A DNA stretch of 54,650 bases, counting the filler, from Jimgerdemannia flammicorona (Eukaryota), in the NCBI GenBank assembly GCA_003990765.1. It is 2 parts of 2 records of this genome, joined end to end, with 100 filler letters (N's around TTAATTAATTAA, not from the genome) between each part and the next. Parts side by side here need not be neighbours in the genome. Positions count along the whole stretch, not along the records: positions 27,380 to 54,650 come from RBNJ01000645.1; 1 more part is not named here. The stretch is one strand, 5' to 3'. Shown one piece after another: positions 48,531 to 54,650 of the stretch (position 1 is the first letter of the stretch; every line of letters starts with the position of its first letter). The position numbers and the translations under genes were made by a program. The notes beneath the pieces are model-generated. The model searched no databases, was not told where the DNA came from, and saw only the letters and a list, made by a program, of their open reading frames with translations.

Positions 48531-51500
48531 AAAGTTGCAAGTATAGCCAAGAACCAAGCCAATTCAATGCTCATCTTCAAAGGTCTAGTCAAGAGACAAG
48601 AGCTAGATATTCTCATAGACAGTGGAGCTGTTGGGAACTTCATCAACAAGAACCTCATCAACAAGCTCAAGATTCTCACCAAACCAGCTGGCAAGAATGG
48701 TAGAGTTGTCACTGCAGATGGTACCACCTTACCAATTGACTCAATTGCCACTAAACTTCCCCTCAAGATCCAGAAGTACTGGGAATGTTTAGATTTTGAG
48801 GTAGCACCACTAGGAGACCATGACCTGATCCTAGGCAAACCCTGGCTTATATGGCACAACTTTTAGATTGATTGGACCAAGAATGAAGTCACCTTGATTC
48901 AGAATGGAGCCAACATTACCATCAAGCCAGACAAGACTCAGACAAGAACCCCAATTGCTACCCTCTCAGCAATTCAGTTCAAGAAGGCCCTCAAGAAAGC
49001 TACCTGTGCCTTTGTGACACTGATCTGATCAAAGAAAGAAGACAAGAAGCTATCAATTAGTGAAAGTGTCAAGTTACTGCTGAACAAATATAAGGATGTC
49101 TTCCTGGACAAACTATCTGGTCTACCACCTTCAAGAGACCATGACCACAAAATCAAGTTGGTACCTGATGCAGCTATACCTAAGAAGAAAATGTACCACA
49201 TATCTCTACTCGAAATTGAAGCAGTTAAGAAGGAACTCAATGAACTCATCAAGCGAGGAGCCATTCAGCCAAGCAAGTCACCCTTTGGCTCCCCAGTCCT
49301 ATTTGTCAAGAAAAAGGATGATACTCTACAAATGTGCATAGACTACCATGCACTCAACAAGATCATAGTCAAGAACTACTATCTGCTACCACTCATAGAT
49401 CAAATCTTTGATACTCTCAAGAATGCAAAGTACTTCACCAAGATTGATCTCATCTCTGGGTATCACCAAATTCGAATCAAGCCAGAAGACATACCCAAGA
49501 CTGCCTTTATGACACCCTTTGGACTCTACAAGTTTCTAGTCATGACCTTTGGTCTCACCAATGCACCAGCAACCTTTCAAGACCTCATGCAAACTGTCTT
49601 CAAGGATCAGCTCTATATCTTTGTACTTGTATATATTGATGACATTCTGATCTTCAGCAGCACTGAAGAAGAACATCTCAAGTACATTGAACAAGTCCTC
49701 AAGATCCTCCATGAGAACAAGCTCTATGCAAAGCTCAAGAAATGTGAATTTTTCAAGAATCAAGTTGAATATCTTGGACACATTATATCAGCCAAAGGAA
49801 TTCAAGTAGATCCAAGGAAAATACAAGCCATTGAACAGTGGCCTGTACCAGTAAACCTCACTGAACTCAGGTCCTTCCTTGGTCTGGCTGGATACTACCA
49901 TCAATTTGTCAAGAACTTCTCTGGTATCACAGAATCTTTGACAAACCTCCTGTGAAAGGAACCCAACTCTGACCTCTATGTCCCCTACATCTGGGATTCT
50001 TTCTGTCAACAAGCTTTTCAAGAACTTAAGAACTGTCTGACCCATGCACTTGTCCTTAGAAACATGGACCCAAACTTGAAGTTCATGGTCACTACAGATG
50101 CATCTAACTTTACCATTGGTGCAGTCATTTCTCAAGATGATGGTCAAGGACACCAACCTATTGCCTTTGAGTCAAGAAAATTGTCCCCAGCAGAACAAAA
50201 GCTGGCTACTCATGAAAAGAAACTCCTGACAATCATGCATGCCCTCAAGATGTGGCAATACTATCTAGAAGGAGTTGAGTTTGACGTGATCACTGATCAC
50301 AGGTCTCTTCAATACATCAACACTCAACCAATCCTTTTTCGCCAACAAGCCAAGTGGAGTCAACTGCTTCAGACCTTTACCCCAAACATCATCTACAAGC
50401 CTGGCAAAACTCTAGTTGTACCAGATGCACTTTCAAGAAGACCTGACCTGGCCACAATTTTACAAGTCACTGTGGTACCAGAATTCCTCAATGAGATCAA
50501 GAAGGCATATGAACAAGACTCTCTGGTTCTACAAAGGAACACCAAGGAATTCAAGGAAAAGTACACTATCAAGGACAACCTCATATACTATCAAGACAAA
50601 GTATATATTCCTGCCAACCCTGAACTATGGTACAAGATTCTTCATGAACATCATGACTCCCTACTAGCTGGTCACCTTGGAATGAAGACCATCAAGAATA
50701 TCCAACAAGACTACTACTGGCCAAATATGCTCAAGGAAATCAAGAAGTATATCCAAAGCTGCGATCTTTGCCAAAGAAACAAGTCAAGCAACCAAGCACC
50801 CACTGGTCTTCTACAACCCTTGTCAATTCTGACCAAGAAATTTGAACAAGTCACAATGGACTTCATTGTGCAACTCCCATGAACCAAAACAGGCTATGAT
50901 GCTATTATTGTATTTGTAGACTATCTCACTAAGATTACAATTACCAAGCCAACCACAACCAATGCCACTGCCCTAGAAATTGCAAGAATCTTCTTCAAGA
51001 CTGTCTTCCACCATTATGGACTTCCCTGAGTAATTATCAGTGACCACGACCCCAAGTTCACAAGTCACTTTTGGCAAGCACTCTTCAAGACCCTTGGAAC
51101 CCAAATTGCTATATTCACTGCCTTCTATCCTCAAACTGATGGACAGACAGAGCAAATGAACAGAACACTTGAAAAAATGCTCAGAAACTATATATCTTAT
51201 GAGCAAGATAATTGGGACCACAATCTGACTTATGCCAAGTTCATTTACAACAATGCCAACCAATCATCAACTGGTCTTTCCCCATTCCAGCTACTTCACG
51301 GTCAAAACCCCGAGACCCCTGCAAGCCTAGTCCAATTCCAGTAATCCAGTTATACACAAGTCCCCACAGCCCAGAACCTTATCAACAAAATGGATTCCCT
51401 TCTCAAGATTGCCACTATAAATCTGTAAAAGGCTCAGTAACATCAAGCTAAGTATGCAGATAAGAAGCAGCAAGATGTCATATATAACATTGGTGATATG

Positions 51501-51758
51501 GTTCTACTCAAAACTGATGACATCAAGGTTCAATCTCAAGTTAACTGCCAGTCAGCCAAATTCCAGCCCAAGTACCTTGGATCCTTCAAGATCACTGAGC
51601 AAGTCTCTACCTGGTCTTACCATCTCAACTTGCCAACAACCATGTGTATATACCCAGTATTTCATGTGTCACAACTCAAAGTCTGGAACCAGTCACCTCC
51701 ATACCCTGGCTGAATTCTGACACCATCAGCACCAGTTATAGTTGAAGACCACATCAAG

Positions 51759-51910
51759 TATGAAGTTAAGAAAATCTTAGACAAGCGAGTCCAATACCAT
51801 CACACAGAATACCTAGTCAAGTGGATGGGTTACCCTGAATATGATGCCACCTGGGAACCTGCCACCAATCTCAAGAACTCCCAAGACCTCATCCAAGAGT
51901 TTAAACAAAA
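51759..51910 (+). pseudogene. Chromodomain at the integrase C-terminus of E
   Basis: YEVKKILDKR...EYLVKWMGYPEYDATWEPATNLKN; aromatic-cage residues retained. Confidence 0.93.
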
Positions 51911-52673
51911 AGGAACTCATTGACTGCCCATGAGGTTCTCCCCTTGGATAGTAGATAACCTACTGTGTTGATCAGGCACATTATACATTGGGGCTCTCTA
52001 AGGAATACAGCATCAGAAGCAAGAGATATAGAAGAATCCTATAAATCCTATAACCAATGAGGTTTGAACCAGTTCTTATCTGATCAAGATGATACTTTGG
52101 CCCTCGCCTTATACAAGGACAGCCAATCCTTACCAATGAGTCAGTATATTTAATTTGAAGTTTTTTTTAGTCTTATTGTTTATCATATATATATAACTTT
52201 GAGAATTCAACAAGGACATTGATTCTTAAGGAGGGGGAGATGTAACATTTTAGCATAGTTTATTCCTTTTCTTTATCTTTCTTCAATATTCTATGATCTT
52301 TTGGTACTTTCTAAATACTTAGAAATTCTTTCTTGGTGCTGAGCATTAACTAGTACTTATTTAGTTAGTCACTGAATGTCCTGGAAACTTATAGAACTTT
52401 ATTTGTCATCATTTGTCATCTTTGCCAAGAACTTTCCTCTTGGCATTTTCCTTTGATTTCTCAGATCCTTCCAGATCCTTCTTTCAGATCTTATATAAAT
52501 ATCCCCTTTATTCTCATGAATAAAGTCTCAGAATATTTTCTCTCAGAAATCCTTTGAGAACACTTGAATCCTTAGTATCTCTTTGAGCTACTTAGGACCA
52601 CCAGACTTAGTCACTTCCTTATTTAGAAACTAAAACCATTATAAACAATCACAACTTCTGAATATACACAAAC

Positions 52674-53771
52674 ATGACTACTGAGATCTATAACTACATC
52701 TGCGCTGATATTTGGAATGTCATTGTCAACCAAGCCACACCCTCTCTACCCCTTATGAATATCTATAGTCTAGCACCCCTCTACTTTATGGAAGCCTGAT
52801 GGAATACCCTGAACATACTTAGCAAGGTCCACTGAATCAGACAAATCTCAAGCTACTACCAGATTGGCCACCTCCTGGAAGATATGGTCAAATACCACTA
52901 TAATACAGATATTACTCAGATATCTCAACATCAGAAACTCATTGCCCACAAACACTGAGAACTCTTTTATAAGTATAGCACTATTATTCCCTACCTCTGA
53001 GTCACTACCAGCAAAATGGTTGCTATCTTGTCCTATGGCCAAATCAATGACATGATACAAGAACTCAACCACAAGTACCTTGAATATGTTCAGACCACAG
53101 ACAGAACCTTCCCACACACTGATGACCATATCCTGCAAATGCCTTAAGTTAGATATGCCATGAAGGACATCTATAATATAATTCGATTCAATAAAGACAA
53201 AGCAGAAGACAACAATCCCTCTGATGCCAATATGACTATGAGCCAAGAATCTCTGCCAACCCTGATCACTCTGCCAATCTTACTGATGAACTTATAATAG
53301 TTTATAACCACCTACAAGACCTATTGGGACAATGATCACTGGCATGAATACCAACCCACATTCACTCCTAACTACTTCAACTATAATGAAGAGACCAGAG
53401 AATATAATCTGTACCTTCAGACAACTCTTGAGATCAAACCAATAACTCCACCACTTGAGTATAAGTGACATGAACTACAGCTACTAGCTTATTACAACCC
53501 CATAACTCATAGTGCTATAACCTATAGAAGGTATGCAGATAGCAAATCTGATGAAAGTGAAGATGATGTACCTCTCTTTCACCCACTAATGCCTTATCCA
53601 GTATATAAGATAGATAATACTATCCTGTGGAACGATGATGAAGTTCCAATATATTATTACCTCAGCAAACAAGGAGAAGTAATCTGCGAACTACTCTTCC
53701 TAGACAACTACTTCATCAGAAATAATATCATCAATGGTGATATCATCAAAGACTACCCAGACAGTATCTAA
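52674..53771 (+). pseudogene. LTR-encoded accessory ORF of family C, copy 4
   Basis: Exactly 1098 nt from ATG to TAA, the same as 44390-45487; includes ORF 53589..53771. Confidence 0.88.
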
Positions 53772-54064
53772 ACCTATAAATAGCTTTGCAGTCATAGTAT
53801 AGTTAAATTAGCCTTATATTATGTAACTGTGAACTAACTCAGCAGTCAGATGATCTCTTGATATGTCAGATCACACTTATACTACATGACTGTATTCTGA
53901 CTCAGCAAGGCACTAAGTGCTATATCTATATCTAGCATAGTCCAATAGCCCCATACTAGTATAAATATTCCCTCCCCCAGGACTTCAGAATCTCAGATCT
54001 GAACAATCCAAACATAACTCCTGAGTACTTCCCCACAATATCCCTTCATACAACTACTCCTAGT

Positions 54065-54635
54065 TAGTGCTCTGAACGAGTCAATCTGGATGGGATTTGG
54101 ATGGATTCGAATCAACCATTGTTTTGATTTCCAAATTAGATAATTAAATGTTTACATCAATAACTCAACGAATAATCATCCAAAATTGATGATCTTGGTG
54201 TCATTTGAAAGCCCTTAATAAGGCCTTTCTAATGATACTAAGAACATTAAAATCTGATCACGTGTTGCTGAGATATTAAGGAAAATGTTCCATTTGATGA
54301 AATTTCCAAAATTGGCAAATCAAAGAATTTCCAAAATCGGCGATTCAGACGTTTTCCTTCATAAATCAGCAATGCATGATCTGATTTCAATGTTCTTGGT
54401 ATCATTAGATAGGCCTTATTAAGGACTTTCAAATGACACCAAGATCATCAAATTTGGATGATTATTTATCAAGTTATTGATGTAAACATTTAATTGTCTA
54501 ATTTGGAAATCAAAACAATGGTTGATTCGAATCCATTCCGATGGGATTTGAATCCCATCTAAGTTGATCTAGATGGGATTCAATCCGAATCAATCTGAAT
54601 CCAATCTGGATTAAATTGACTCATTAGGAGTACTA
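54065..54635. mobile_element. 571-bp palindromic MITE with hAT ends
   Basis: TAGTGCTCTGAACGAGTCAAT...ATTGACTCATTAGGAGTACTA. Long inverted arms (~54100-54260 vs ~54378-54540). Left TSD CTCCTAGT; right flank CTCCT then poly(T). Confidence 0.9.
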
Positions 54636-54650
54636 CTCCTTTTTTTTTTT

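Larger units (their letters stand above)
47076..51923 (+). pseudogene. gag-pol: Single-frame gag-dUTPase-PR-RT-RH-IN-chromodomain polyprotein (~1615 codons, interrupted only by stops)
   Basis: ORF pieces at 47916, 48369, 49158, 50064, 51156 and 51498 share a frame with ATG 47076. Motifs KPDTFDG, PMDLD, CFFCCQPGHIATKC, LIDSGA, YIDD, TTDAS, CDLC, TMDFI and PQTDGQTE. Confidence 0.95.
46605..52643 (+). mobile_element. Complete chromovirus-type Ty3/gypsy element E (6039 bp) with dUTPase
   Basis: 403-bp LTRs at 46605-47007 and 52241-52643; TSD AATAA / AACAA. PBS TGGTAGCAGTGG 47010-47021; PPT AAGGAGGGGGAGA 52228-52240. Confidence 0.97.
46340..54064 (+). mobile_element. Family C LTR, copy 4, split by element E (46605-52643) and by the MITE at 54065
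   Basis: TGTAAGCACAC at 46340. 46340-46604 plus 52644-54064 are colinear with the reverse complement of 44095-45774. Confidence 0.92.

Noticed and set aside
54640..54650. Poly(T) replacing the end of the MITE TSD
   Set aside because: Probably the tail of a minus-strand LINE, but the window ends here and it cannot be supported.

Overview
The window is entirely a nest of decayed transposable elements from a eukaryote, probably an early-diverging fungus (inferred from short GT-AG introns, Tx1/L1-like LINEs and Ty3/gypsy types; not certain). No ordinary host gene is visible. It holds six Ty3/gypsy LTR-retrotransposon families (my labels A, B, C, D, E, G), several LINE copies, one full-length hAT transposon with a spliced second gene, two palindromic hAT-ended MITEs and an artificial 100-nt spacer at 27280-27379. 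Main observations: (1) three divergent LTR families carry the same unrecognised accessory ORF with a Y-x-I-G core. It sits at the env position in A but wholly inside ~2-kb LTRs in B and C (365 codons in C). (2) In A, RT-RNaseH, integrase and the accessory ORF are three ORFs chained by two ATGA stop-start overlaps. (3) dUTPase occurs in three families at two different polyprotein positions. (4) Divergence is almost purely by transitions and reaches non-CpG contexts. Coordinates and counts were read by hand; boundaries marked approximate may be off by tens of bases.
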